Origin: Rhizaria sp. SCN 62-66
Lineage: Eukaryota
Reading direction: 5' to 3'
Length of the DNA: 64,000 bases
Assembly: GCA_001724265.1 (NCBI GenBank)
Contig: MEDY01000013.1
Span: 1 to 64,000 of the forward strand
Of this stretch, positions 1-12,032 are shown piece by piece. Position numbers and translations under genes: made by a program. Every line of letters starts with the position of its first letter. The first letter of the stretch is position 1. The notes under the pieces are model-generated. The model had not been told where the DNA came from. It worked only from the letters and a program-made list of their open reading frames with translations, and did no database searches.

Positions 1-712
1 AAAAATCTGTTTCATTTAACGGATGTTTGGCAAAGTTGTATGGATATTTAAAACCGCCCCTTCCAGGCGCGTTTTTGCGTTTTTCATAAACCTCTACATT
101 AGGGGTAATATTAAAATAAGACATGATATACAGATAACATTTTCCCCCCAGCTATGCACGCCGAATCGACATTTTGTCTTGTTCAGCAATTCTCAAACCT
201 TGTTTATTGATTCGACACATTTCGGTCACTCAAGGACTCGGAAGGAGAGATGATGACGGAGCATCGTTGCGGAGTGTAAGAAATAAACAAAAGAGCGAAG
301 ATCATATGATAGTCATACTAAATGAGGCGCTATTCTGTGGCAGTGGCAACTTGAGTCACGAAACGGCGCAAAGAGATGTTTAACTGAACTGGTGCGAAGT
401 TCACGCAACACGAAAACAAAGGTACGCACGTATTGGACGCGAGCATAAAGGAGACGAAGTAAAAATGAGCGGAACTTAAGAAACGTATAAACACATCAAC
501 TTACACATCAACGTCAACAGAAAAAATAAGCACTAAGAGTCGATAAGCATCGTCACAACCCATGTATGACGACATTGGATTCATTATTATAAACATTATA
601 AACATTGCCAATTGACAAACAAATGATGATGCGCATGCATAAGCAGCACGCATGCATATGAGTGAGCTGGACTTTTCACATGGTTAGTATGACTGTCACC
701 GTGGTGTACTGC

Positions 713-3025
713 TTACGGGAGAGCATTCCCACCGGTGACGTCCTCGACTTCGTCGCCGAACTGCGCGTACCTGCCGTTGCCGCCAGCCGCAACAGCGCCG
801 CCGCGGTCGTTGCCGTGACCGTAGCGTGCGCGGACGGCGCTGTCAGTCATTTCAACGGCATATGCGCCGGAGCTGCTGACGTTGCCCTCCGCCTTCTCAC
901 TATTGAGCACTGCGGCATTGTCCGCGCCTCCGTGGGCGATGACGCCGCTCGTGTAGTAGCGTTTGCCGTATGTGTGGAAGCAGAAGAGCGTCACGCCACA
1001 CGCGCCCAGCAGACCAGTAATAACGTACATCATACTCACAGGGCCGGAGGGGAGGTCGAATGACGCACCGACAATCATGGGCACGATTGCCTCCGATAGA
1101 CTGACGGCGACGACGATGAACGATAACACGGTGCCCGAGAGCTTGATGTAGCGCTCAAGCCACATGACGCAGGCGCCGTAGAGCGAGGACATGCAGAGGC
1201 CGAGCAGACCCGAGCAGACCCAGAGCAGCGTGACAGAGTCCGCGAAGATGGAGATGATGACCATGACAAAGGTGGCGGCGGAGACGTTGAAGATGACAAG
1301 GTTACCAGGGACGATGTAGATGGACAGGGGCACAGCCAGGACGTGTCCAATGGCGAACAGGCCCCAAAACACGGACGACAACAGCGACGCTTCGTGGTCG
1401 TCCAAGAAGCCGCGCTTGTTGGCGTAGGGCGCGAGGAAGTTGCCGAAGCTCGTCTCACTGCCGACGTAGAAGAACAGCAATGCGGCCATGAAACTCAGCA
1501 GCAGGAACGGGTTGCCCGAAAAGCCGGCGTGCGGCACAACCCACGAGGTGTTAAGCCGCGCGCAGAAGTTAAGCCGCCGGCAGCAGTTGGGGTCGCCGCC
1601 GACCTGGGCGGGGAGCTCGCTGTCACTGACGACGACACCACCGGTTGCAGCGTTGTTGGCATTCTGCGTCGCGTCGATATCGGTGCCAACCAAAGGAGGC
1701 AGGTTGACGTTTGAATCACCATTTGCATTGCGATCAGCGGTGTTGGTGGCAGCAGCAGCCTCGGCATCAGCAGCAGCGGAATCATCAGTCTTGGTGTCGT
1801 CGTCAGGCGGCGTGATGCTGGTGCAGCCTGGCACGGCCGGATCGTACAGGGGTACCAAGTGTTCCGGGATGCCGATGGAGGCGGCGGCGACCGCGCGCTC
1901 CGAGTCCTGGATGCAGAACTTGTGAGGGCCAAACGGGCCGCGGCCGCGGAAGACGATGAAGATGTTGATGAGAGAGAAGATGATCATGGTGATGGCCATG
2001 CTGTAGAAGCCCCAGCGGTACAGAGTCGACACCAACGGCTCGCCATCGGGCTCGACCTCGGTCAAGAAAAACGAGATCACGATAGGCGCAAGGAAAGAAC
2101 CGATGGCAAACCCGGTGTGCAACGCCTGCATCATGGGCTCGCCGTAGCGGCCGCACACGCGGATGAGCAGCACCTGCGACAGGTTGTCGAGGCATCCCAT
2201 CCAGAAAGCGCAGAGCCCCGAGGCGACGACAAGCCCGAACAGACTGCCCGCCGCCGGGTACAGCAGCGTCGAGAGCCCGTTGATTGCGATGTTGAAGCTC
2301 ATCGCGATCTGCGCGCGGCGCGGGCCCAGGCGGTCGACGAGCTGGCCGCCCGCGATGGAGCCCAGGAAGAAGCCTAGTGCGCGGCCCGTGTACGTGAGCG
2401 AGAGCGATGACGTCGAGGTGGTGCCAACCTGGCGGCCCAGGACCAGCATCGTGGGGCCAATCAGAGACACCGACATACCCACAGTGCCGTAGGCGAGCGC
2501 GTAGCCGCCCAGGGCGTCCCAGTAGCGGAAGAAAATGTGCTTGGTGACGTTGTGCGAGTACACGCGGTCCGTCGTCGTGTCGATCGTCGACATGACACCC
2601 GCCAGCGCGGCGTTAATGTCGCCCGCAGAGAGCAGCGCGGCCTCTTCGGGCGTGAAGCGCATCGATGCCACAGCTGAGGCTGATGAGGCGTCAGAGTCGG
2701 CGGCGGAAGCCCTGCCAGGGTCATCACTGCCGTCAGGGCTGGTCTGGGCGTTCAGAGCACCTCCGTCCTGCTTAGCCGCGACATCGTTTGCTGCAGTGCT
2801 TTGCGCCAGGTAGCTGCTAATGTGGCTTGAGTAGCGCTGGACTGGCGGGGCAGCCGCACTGGTGCGCGCGTTGTTGTTATTGGAAGAGTCCAAGTCAACA
2901 TCGCTCAAATAAGGGGCGTGGTGCTGCCGGTTCGTGGGTGCAATGTCGTTGTACGCATTGGCGCTGCCGTTGTCATAGGCGGTGGCTGAGGGATAGCCCT
3001 GTATGTCATGAGGGTCGTAAGGCAT
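713..3025 (-). CDS. Major facilitator superfamily transporter (MFSD4/FucP-like), 770 aa, intronless
   Basis: Two blocks of about 6 hydrophobic helices separated by a long loop. It has a motif-A-like GGQLVDRLGPRR and FFYVGSETSFGNFLAPYA, resembling the MFSD4/FucP family. Runs ATG to TAA. Confidence 0.85.
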   Translation of the reverse strand: MPYDPHDIQGYPSATAYDNGSANAYNDIAPTNRQHHAPYLSDVDLDSSNNNNARTSAAAPPVQRYSSHISSYLAQSTAANDVAAKQDGGALNAQTSPDGSDDPGRASAADSDASSASAVASMRFTPEEAALLSAGDINAALAGVMSTIDTTTDRVYSHNVTKHIFFRYWDALGGYALAYGTVGMSVSLIGPTMLVLGRQVGTTSTSSLSLTYTGRALGFFLGSIAGGQLVDRLGPRRAQIAMSFNIAINGLSTLLYPAAGSLFGLVVASGLCAFWMGCLDNLSQVLLIRVCGRYGEPMMQALHTGFAIGSFLAPIVISFFLTEVEPDGEPLVSTLYRWGFYSMAITMIIFSLINIFIVFRGRGPFGPHKFCIQDSERAVAAASIGIPEHLVPLYDPAVPGCTSITPPDDDTKTDDSAAADAEAAAATNTADRNANGDSNVNLPPLVGTDIDATQNANNAATGGVVVSDSELPAQVGGDPNCCRRLNFCARLNTSWVVPHAGFSGNPFLLLSFMAALLFFYVGSETSFGNFLAPYANKRGFLDDHEASLLSSVFWGLFAIGHVLAVPLSIYIVPGNLVIFNVSAATFVMVIISIFADSVTLLWVCSGLLGLCMSSLYGACVMWLERYIKLSGTVLSFIVVAVSLSEAIVPMIVGASFDLPSGPVSMMYVITGLLGACGVTLFCFHTYGKRYYTSGVIAHGGADNAAVLNSEKAEGNVSSSGAYAVEMTDSAVRARYGHGNDRGGAVAAGGNGRYAQFGDEVEDVTGGNALP

Positions 3026-3522
3026 TTTGGCTCAAATGGCGGAGCTAGGGACAGTGCAGTGGGTGCAGTGCCGGTCCATAGAGGGGCGGTTCAGGAGCCC
3101 GACGCTAACAAGTTGGATTACACGCATAGAGTCCATAAGTTAGAGGGATAAATTATCTAATATGCCTAAAGAAAGATATCGTTTATAAAAGTAACAGTAG
3201 CATGCCTATTTACGTAGTTGGTATGCCAGAGTTCACATACTCCGCAATCAGCTCAGAATTTTTATAAACGCGAAGATGACAGGAGATGCATTAACGAAAA
3301 GCTGATTATGGTAAGCTTGAGTGTAGCATTGGTGTTGATGTCGACATCGGGAAATATGACTTTATAATGACGGCAACTCACTATTTTTGAGTAATATGCA
3401 TATGCATTGCCGAAATGATCACATAAGAATAAATATTCGTCACAAAAACAAACTTTGTGACTCAGCTCACTTCACAAACTTTTTCACACTCACAAGTTCA
3501 CATATTGCAATTGCGTGCTCAC

Positions 3523-4686
3523 TTACGCACGCGCATTCTTCTAAATACTCATCTTGAGCTCTTCCAGCTCCTTCTGCGCGTCGGCCACTCGTGCCTCAGC
3601 CTCGCGCACGCGCGTGCTCGCGTCGCTGCGGATCGTCTCGACCATAGTAGCGTGGAACACCTTGTTCTTCTCCACCCGCGCGTCCGCCTCCTTCTTATAC
3701 TCGGCGATGCGCCCCTCGGCGTCCGCGGCCCGCGCCTCAGTCTCCGCGAGCCGGGCGTCGGCCGCGCTCTTGGCCGCCTCGCTCAGCAGCGCCTGCTGCG
3801 TCGCCGTGGCGTGCGCGGCGGTCATCTCGCGCAGCTCCGTCCTGAGCTCCAGCAGCATGTACACGAACATGCCACCTAGCGCGAGGATCACCATGGCGTT
3901 CGTGTACTGACTGCGAAGGTACTTCTTGTGGCTCACAGTCCGCGCCTCATTGTGACCGTAGCTGTGTTGACCGTGACTATGGTGGCTGTGGTGGCCGTGG
4001 TGAGTCTGGTGACCGTGGTGACTGTGGTGGGCCTTCGTCCGGGCCATGTGTTGGGCCTTGCCTGCGATTGCGCTGAGCACATGAGCGCCCGCGCTGCTGC
4101 TGCTGTTGTTATTGGTATTGCTGCTCAGATGAGTCGTTGCAGAGGCAAAGCGACGCGGGTCGAAGCCGTTGGGGGCCACTGAGACAAACCCAGCAGAGTT
4201 CTCAGTCAAAACGCGTGCTGAGACAGTGGTCGCAGTTGCAGTGGCAGACGCTGACGCTGTTGACACAGGAGCCACAGTTGCAGTAGTGAGAGAGCGGACC
4301 GAGGGGGGCGCAACGCTAGAGTTGACCGCAAAGAGCCAGTAGAGAGTTGGACCATTCTGTGACGCCGATGCAGATATGGCTGACGTAGCTGTTGACATAT
4401 TCGAGCGCAGGGTGTTGACAACAGTCAAATGGTTGTTGTTGTGACAGGAGGGGGCCGGAAACTGGCTGGGAACGCTAGAGGTGCTTGTAACAACCGTGCG
4501 AGTGTTGACCACGCCACTGCCAGATACACCGTGTGTGTACAGCAGTGCAGGCGAGGTCAGAGGCGAGAATGACCTCACTGAGGACGCCGAGAAGAGGCGC
4601 GAGGGACTGATACTACGGCCCAACGACTGGCGCGGTAGTATGCCCACAAGCTTGCTGGATAGCTTACGAGCCGTTGAGAAGCTCAT
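3523..4686 (-). CDS. Probable mitochondrion-targeted single-pass membrane protein with His-rich segment and C-terminal coiled coil (387 aa if TAG at 3541-3543 is sense)
   Basis: ATG at 4686 starts an S/R-rich, acid-free presequence-like N-terminus (MSFSTARKLSSKLVGILPRQSLGRS). It also has an HHSHHGHQTHHGHH tract, a TM segment YTNAMVILALGGMFVYML and an A/E/K/R heptad region. The TAG is followed by 5 codons and then TAA (3523-3525). Confidence 0.65.
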
Positions 4687-5447
4687 AGCTGGTCCAGTTC
4701 TGTTATGGTAGGTGTGTGGGACACAGACAAGTGAGAATGGAGGGGCGGTTGTGAGGTTTCGTTGGCTGATGGATCTAGGGATTGAGTTTGTGATGATGTA
4801 ACAGCAAGCACACAAATAATTAACATAAAGCCACTAATACCACAGCAGCCCAAGCAAAAAAGGGGACATTCGAACGTGTTTTGGTCTTATACCTCATGAA
4901 AACTGAAATTCGGAGAAGGCAGCTAGAGCAAAGCGAAAGCAGAGTGCGTAGTACCGCAAACTCAACTATAGACACGAAATAGACTATATGAACACTGCGG
5001 CTAAATATATAATGTAGCATAAGACGTTTGATAATAGGATAATAATGTTTCAAATAAGGTTGACGACTAGCTGTGGATATATTTGACGTTCGATTCGGCA
5101 GTCCGTTGCAGCGACTGTCAGCTCGGACTTCCAAGTTCACCACCAATTGGAAATTGACGCACTTTTTGACACTTTTCAAGCAAATACACGCTGAGCGCAA
5201 GGTGGTTAGTGAATAAAATACGGCACATACAATTAAAGACTGGGATGATATATTATTTTGGTGGTATTTGTCATTGTGGGACTTAACTGTATTGTGTAGA
5301 CGGCTCATTATGTATCACGTGTCCGTTTTTCAAGCTTGCAAAATCGACTCAATGTCAGTCGTGTCATCAACTAGTTATCGTAAAATGTATGATTCACTTG
5401 CGCGAATCAATCTTATGTAGCTGTAGTTTGCCATATCTCACGAGTAT

Positions 5448-8400
5448 TTACCCCTGCCATGACTGAACACTGTCCACATCAGTCAAATCTTCGATGCCAT
5501 GAGCTTCTCCAGCGCGGTTGTTCACCGTGGCGACAGTGGTAGTCCGATCACGATAGGCGATCGCATGAGCATTCATTGCAATAGCGCTGGTCGCCGTATT
5601 CTTAATGCTCAGTGTGTCGCGGTGCGCGGTGTCGTCAGTGATGTAGTGCGCTGAGATTCGCAGCGACGGCGCCAGCGATGAGCCATACGACGACGAGTCA
5701 TCGACCACAGCAGGCGAGGTCGCCTCACCAGCGTGTCCATGCCCGCGAGCAGCGGTTCCGTCACTGTTGAGACTCACAACCGAGGCGCGATCACTGTTAT
5801 TATCATAGCGGTCACCACCATTGTTGGCACCATCGTCATCACTCTCAGAGTGTCCGTTCGCACCCGCGTCAGTGACGAACGAGTTGTTGTTCTTCGACTT
5901 TACCTTACTCAAACTATCAGCGTGAAAGCTCGTGTTGTTGTGATTGCTGCTAAAACTAGTGTTGAGTGACGCTTCGCCTTGCTCCCGCGCACGCGAGGCC
6001 CACCGCTGCATCTTTTGTACTTCGCGCCGCGCTTTCGCCAGCGCTTCGGCTGCGAGGGCACGCGCGCGGTCGGGGGAAGTGAGGCCGTTAGAGCTAGACG
6101 TGAGGCCGCCAGAGTAGTGTGCAACACCGCGTTCCGAAGACGGCTGCGTCGCTGCAACTGTGTTTGTCGTCACAGGAGCGTGAGCAGCGGATGTGTTATG
6201 CGGAGAAGTTGCTTTGTCGCTGTTTGCATGAACTGCGACGCCGACGCTGGCTGCAAGTCCCGGAACAGCTGGTGCCACAGGAGCAGTATCGCGAAGAGCA
6301 GCATTGTTTGCGTTTGAAACTGCCGAAGTCGTAAGCGCAGTAGCCGCATTAAGGCTAGCGCTGTCGTTGGCTGCCTCAGTGTTCGCGCGAGCGTTGCCGC
6401 TGGCACTGTTAACGATGTTGTGCGGCGAGCTAATGACTGACCATGCTGGTGAAGGCGTTGTCGGCAAAGCAAACAGGACGCCGTTCATCAGCCGACTGCC
6501 AACAGCGATATTCGCTGCCGTCGCGTCAACAACAACTTCTGCGTCATCGTGGGCTGTGCCGTTGCTTTGAGTCGCTGCAGTGAGTCTCCCGGTCGTTGCG
6601 ACAACAGCAGCGGCGACCTCTTGCACACGGCTAACCTTCTCAGCACTGCGACCGACTTTGCTTGACTGAGAAGATGTCGCATCAGCTGCGTCAGCGTCCA
6701 CAGCGGTCACAGCCCCATTGGCGGGGCGGTTTTTGCTCGCGGTGTCAGTGGTATCTGCCACTTGAGGCAAAGGAGGCGGTGACTCTGTGAAAGGAACAGA
6801 AACGAGCGACTCGGACTCGTTTGACTTCACCTCAACACTCGCGCCAAGAGCGGCGCTTGCGGTAGTTTTTTGCGTCGTATTGACAGTGGGCACGGTTGCT
6901 ACTGTTAGCTCCGGGGCACCAGCACTCTGCGCTCGGTAGCGGTGTGTGAAGTGACTGTGAGCAGCAGAGAGACCCCCGCCAGCGGGACCGGCAGCAACTG
7001 ATAACTGACTATACGCACTTGTCTGGCTCTGAGACGACGAGTTTGTGTTCGTGGTGGCACTGCTCATTGCGGCCATGCGTTGGCCTTGAGCCAGCGCAAG
7101 AGCACGCGACAAAACATCATTGGCTGCGGCAGCCGAACTCTTCACGCTATGCGTGCTGGCAGCGGAGCGCGGTGCATTGCCAGCAGCACCGACCCCAACG
7201 GTGAAACCTGTCGCAGGCAAGGGAGGCCGACCCAGCTTTGCAGTGTTGGTGCTGCTGCTACTTGCACGTTGCGCGTCGTTCGGCAATGCTGAGGACAGTG
7301 TTGCCGCTGCTGACGAGGGCCGCTTTAAGTTCAGCCGCGACCGGGTTTGCGCAAGCGCAGTTTCAATCTTGGGTGACAAGGGACTCTTCAACAAACTCTG
7401 ATCACGCCCAGTATCACCTGTAGTCGCGTGACCGTGAGCAGCGTGCGCATCTCCAACACGAGAGTTGACTGATGAGGGCGAGAGTGTCAGAGTTGGCGTG
7501 GGGGTCACAGACGCCTTGATGTTTGTGATCATATCCTTCAAAGACGGCCTCCTGCGAGCAGTGTAGCTGTTGTGTGAAGAGACAGTTTCATCGACGCTTT
7601 GGCTGTCGATGTTGTCAGCAAGCCCTGATGGCCGCACAGGCGTCTCGAACAGCGATGACTTGTGTACACCGGAAGAAGCCGTAACATCAGCGACATGGGC
7701 ACTGTTGTCCAACGAGTTTGGAGTACTCTCGACGCCAGTGCTCGCGGTAACATTCAAGGCAGGCGCGGCAGGAAGCGCGGTTCGAGAGACTGCGGTAATC
7801 AACCGGGGCGCTGTGAGCGCTCGCACTTGTTCTGCAAGAGAGAGCTTTGCAGACAAACTTTGCCTCGACCCTGCAGCAGGCTGTGGAGCAACACTCGCAC
7901 TGATGTTCTGACTAACGGCGTCAATGTTACTGTTTTGTACGGCGGCAGAGCTGACTCTGACATCAGAGGCAACATGTTTCTCAGCGCCAGTGTTGCGCAA
8001 ACGCTGCACCATTGAACGCAAAGACTCACGAGGAGCAGTTTCAGGAACGGCGCCCCAGCTACTATTCGTACCATTGCTGCTGATGTTAGAAGCACTTGCG
8101 GCGGGGTTTGTAATGCTCGTACGATACGTGCTGACCATCTCACTCAAACTCACACGCGCAGGCTTGACTACGGTCTGAGAAAGTGAGACGCGCTTAGCTT
8201 TCAGCTGATCATGCTGCTGCTGTTGCACCTTGACAGGAGAGGCTACCTAAACTGGGGAGCGCATATGTTGCCGTTGCTGCCCAGCTTTAGGATTGAGAGA
8301 GCCAATGCCCTTATTCGGACTCAATGCCGACCTAGACGGAGCATTGGGACGGTTCAGCAAACGCTTCAGCGGAGACTGAGGCGGCGAAGCAATTGCAGCT

Positions 8401-9643
8401 GCCAGCAGTGCGTGCGCCGCAATCTCCATCGTTGCGTCCTGTAAGCTTAGGCTACTCGCTTGTTGCTGAGGCAGTGGCTGCTGCTGCTGCTGCTGCTGTT
8501 GTTGTTCTTGGTGTTGTTGTTGCTGCTGCTGCTGAAGCATGAGTTGATCTTTGAGTTGTTGCTGCTGCTGCGCAACAAGACTCGTCAGCTGAGAAACCGC
8601 ATCGGCCAGGCTGGCAAGCTCTTGGTTCTGACTGGCGGACACGTTGTTCGCGCTCTGACCACTTGCGGTAACGCTCTGCTGAACGTCGTTGCGCGGAGTA
8701 ATCCCGTCGGTTTGGCTTGTGCCGGTGTTCGTGCCCATGCCGAAGCTCATGTTAGAAACTGTGTTGGGATGAGCCGCGTGAATTGGACTCACGGCTGAGT
8801 CCTGCGTCGCTGACCCGACTGAAGGCACGACTGTGATGGTTGGAGCCTGACTCGTAAACGTGGCAACATTGTCAGCGCAGGAGCCTGTTGAAGGAGACTC
8901 AACCGTTGCCACAGGCACAGTGAACGCAAGCGTGCGCTCAACTTGCAGCACCGTATTGTCATCGTCAACTTCACCACGCTTCTTGTGAGCATGTTGCTGC
9001 CCACGGTCACGGATATCAGTCACCTCACCGGCACTTTGCTCATGACTGCTGTGCTGTCTGCCACTCGCGGTCGCCGTCGCGCGGGGAGACACAATGCGGT
9101 TCACTGAGTCAGCACTCTTGTTCAAACCACCCATGTTGCCGGTCGTCGTGGTTTGGGAAGGAATGGTCGTGTGAGCAGACTTCTCGTCATCGCTATCAGC
9201 AAAACAGCCGTTTTCATTCGCGCTCAATGCTGCAGCATTGGTATACACAAGCTGGCGTTGATCGCGCTCACTGCGTTCACGGTCACGAATTGCTTTCTTT
9301 GCACCTTTCGCATCTGCCTTTGCTTTGGCTTTGGCTTCAGCCCGCTTCTAAGCAGCAATAGCCTCAACGTTAGCAGACGCTGCCGCTGCAGCAGAGTCAG
9401 CAGCCATGAGGGCGACAGAGGCGACGCCAAGAGAACCCGCTGGAAGCGTCGACGCGGCTCGCAAGCGTTGTGGCATAGCGCGGGCGTAGTCCAGTCCAGT
9501 CACGTACTCGTCGACAAGTGAGCGCAGCATACGCTGGCGCTCCGTCACTCCGCGTTCGACACCGAAGACACGGGCGGTACCGCTGTGCGAGTCGCGGGCT
9601 GCGTTCGTACCCGTATGTGGATCGTTTAAGAACGAAGCATTGC

Positions 9644-9719
<76 letters not shown>

Positions 9720-11423
9720 ATGATTATTATTTGCGTGTGCGGCGGCGATTACAACGGCAGACGAGGCGTGCGCGCGCGTGCCAGTCTTTTTAGTCCGACG
9801 TTTACTGTCGTTCGTTGCATTCACTGTATTGCCACCCGGGACATTGCCATTGCTGACGGCGAGACCCTTGTCGTGACTGATGACAGGAGTGGTAATGTTA
9901 TTCGGAAAGCGGTCACTATCATCGTCGCTGCCGTCGCTGAAGAAGTCCGAGTCTAAGTCACTCGTGCTTGAGTCAGACGCACTGAAATCGTCAGGCTTTG
10001 GCCCCTGAGACCAGACAGCAGCACCTTTGGACAGATAGTTCGTCTGAGATTGAGTCGCAGCAAACATCCCTGAGCCGGCGACACTGGCGACGATGTCAGC
10101 GCCGTCGTAACCACTGACGTCGTTCTCGTCGTCGTCGGATCCGTTGGCCGTCACTGCTGTGCCGTACGCAACGTAGCGGCCTGCGCTCGCCCTTGCGCCG
10201 GGATCAGGGCCAAACAAGTCGGTGAGGTCGTTGTCGGCCCATACACGTGCGCGCTCAGTCGCAATCACCTTCTGCAGCCGATAGTCGTCGTCCACACTGC
10301 CATTCGCGGTGTTGTGACCGTGGGCAGGAGAGCGCAACATATCCGAGGCGCGCTTAAGCCGCCTCTCGCGCTTGCTCAGCTCCGCATCAAGTGCACCACC
10401 AGTGGCACCAATCACCGCAGAAACAGCGCGATTGGCCTTCGCAGCAGCAGATGCCGCGGTCGAGGCCGACAGCGAGGCGGACGCGATGAGGGCGCCGGCA
10501 ACACGAGCACTCACAGCGGACGCGGCCAGCGGCGCAGATGCTGCGGAAGAGGAACTTACCGACGCGGCAAAGCGAGACGCGGAAGCAAGCGGAGTCAGGT
10601 GTTGTTGAAGTGTCCGGCTTGAATGTGCGGCAGTGATGCGACTTGACTTCTCGGCGTCGCGCAACGCGAGGCGGCTCAATGGCGACAAGTCGCGCATTGA
10701 CGACGATGAAAGCGACATTGCATGCGCTGTCACATGCTGAGCAGTTGGATTGTGTGGGCGTTGCTGCTGCAAAGGAGCTACTTGCTATTGTTGTTGATGG
10801 TGCTGCTTATGGTCGTGTTGCTGTGGATAGGGCGTGACTGCCAGCAGTGACCGCGGGTGAACAGTCTGCGTGAAGTCCTCACTGTCAACACCAACAGCGC
10901 CACCCCGAGCGCTATCGCCGCTGCCATGGACGCTCGGTGGTTGCGACTGCGCCCGCTGCGACTGTGGTGTTGACCGCGACAACTGCGCCTGTTGTGAGCC
11001 GTGTGTCTGCGATGATTGAGACTGTGGCAAGGGAGTCAGAAACGAGGATGCGGGCCTCGCAGCTGGTCCATGCATCGGCGTTGCAGGAACAGCTCCGTCG
11101 GTCACTGTTGCAGAGCCTGTCGTGCGAACAACCGCCGGGTCGTGAGTGTTGCTCGGCTTTCCATTGCCGATGGATATCGCGTGGGTGGGCTCGACAGAGC
11201 CAGATACAGGGGAAAGCGCAGGTGCAAGAGCTGGATCAAAACCAACAGGCAAGGCCACGCTCACTGCCGGTGTGCTAAGAGACGGCGGCGCGCGGGAACG
11301 AGGACGTGCACGCAGCAGAGGCTTGGCTGAGTAAGACATAGACGCAGAGGTTGTGGGGGCGGGTGCAAGAGTTTCGCGCCGCGCCTGGGGACCATGACGG
11401 GCAGAAGTGACACTCCCACTCAT
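5448..11423 (-). CDS. Large low-complexity/disordered protein of unknown function (1991 aa, three internal TAG codons)
   Basis: Four ORF-track fragments (10785-11423, 9348-10772, 8247-9248, 5448-8228) share one frame and are separated only by single TAG codons. Composition is uniformly S/A/T/Q/N-rich across the junctions. Ends in TAA. Confidence 0.75.
9645..9719 (-). repeat. (AAC)25 microsatellite encoding poly-Asn
   Basis: Perfect (GTT)n run on the + strand, in frame in the 1991-aa gene. Confidence 0.95.
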
Positions 11424-12032
11424 TCTATAAAATTAAATTGGAATTGATGTTTAGTGAGTCTTATGAATTTCAAAATAGATACTTGCTTGGTACAAATAAA
11501 CAGGCTGGAGTTGAAGGCGACTGACAACGACACTGCAACGGACCTCTCTCGGTAGGCGGCCTGAATGTAGTTGTCCAAGTTAGCATTGATACTACCATTT
11601 AGGTGAAACGACATTTTGCAGTCGATGCAAGCTGTGTCAGATTTAGTTCAGCAAATTGAATGCAGGTCGATTGACGATCAAAATCGGGAGTTCCTTTGGA
11701 AACAAAGCGGCCCTCCTCTTGCCTCGCCGACGACGTTTCACCCAACGAATGATTACTTTCAAGTTTATTTATAATCGTTGTCGGGCTATGCTGTCATCTG
11801 AAATTGATACACCGTAACCAAACATTAATGATTTACATGTATCTAAACTTTCCTTATTCATGGCATTCTTTTGTTGCTTAGTACAGACCTTTCCCGCAGC
11901 CTTACTCCCCTCCACGGTCTTTTTGTATTGCAATTGCTGAGGAACGCACACTCTAAAAGGAAGCTAGGGCATCACGAAGAGCCAGCACCCAGGGTATTCT
12001 ACCCGTGGAGAAAGTGTTTCTTAACTAAAGCC

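Noticed and set aside
4820-5308. 162-aa minus-strand ORF
   Set aside because: AT-rich intergenic composition with no coding bias or recognisable features.
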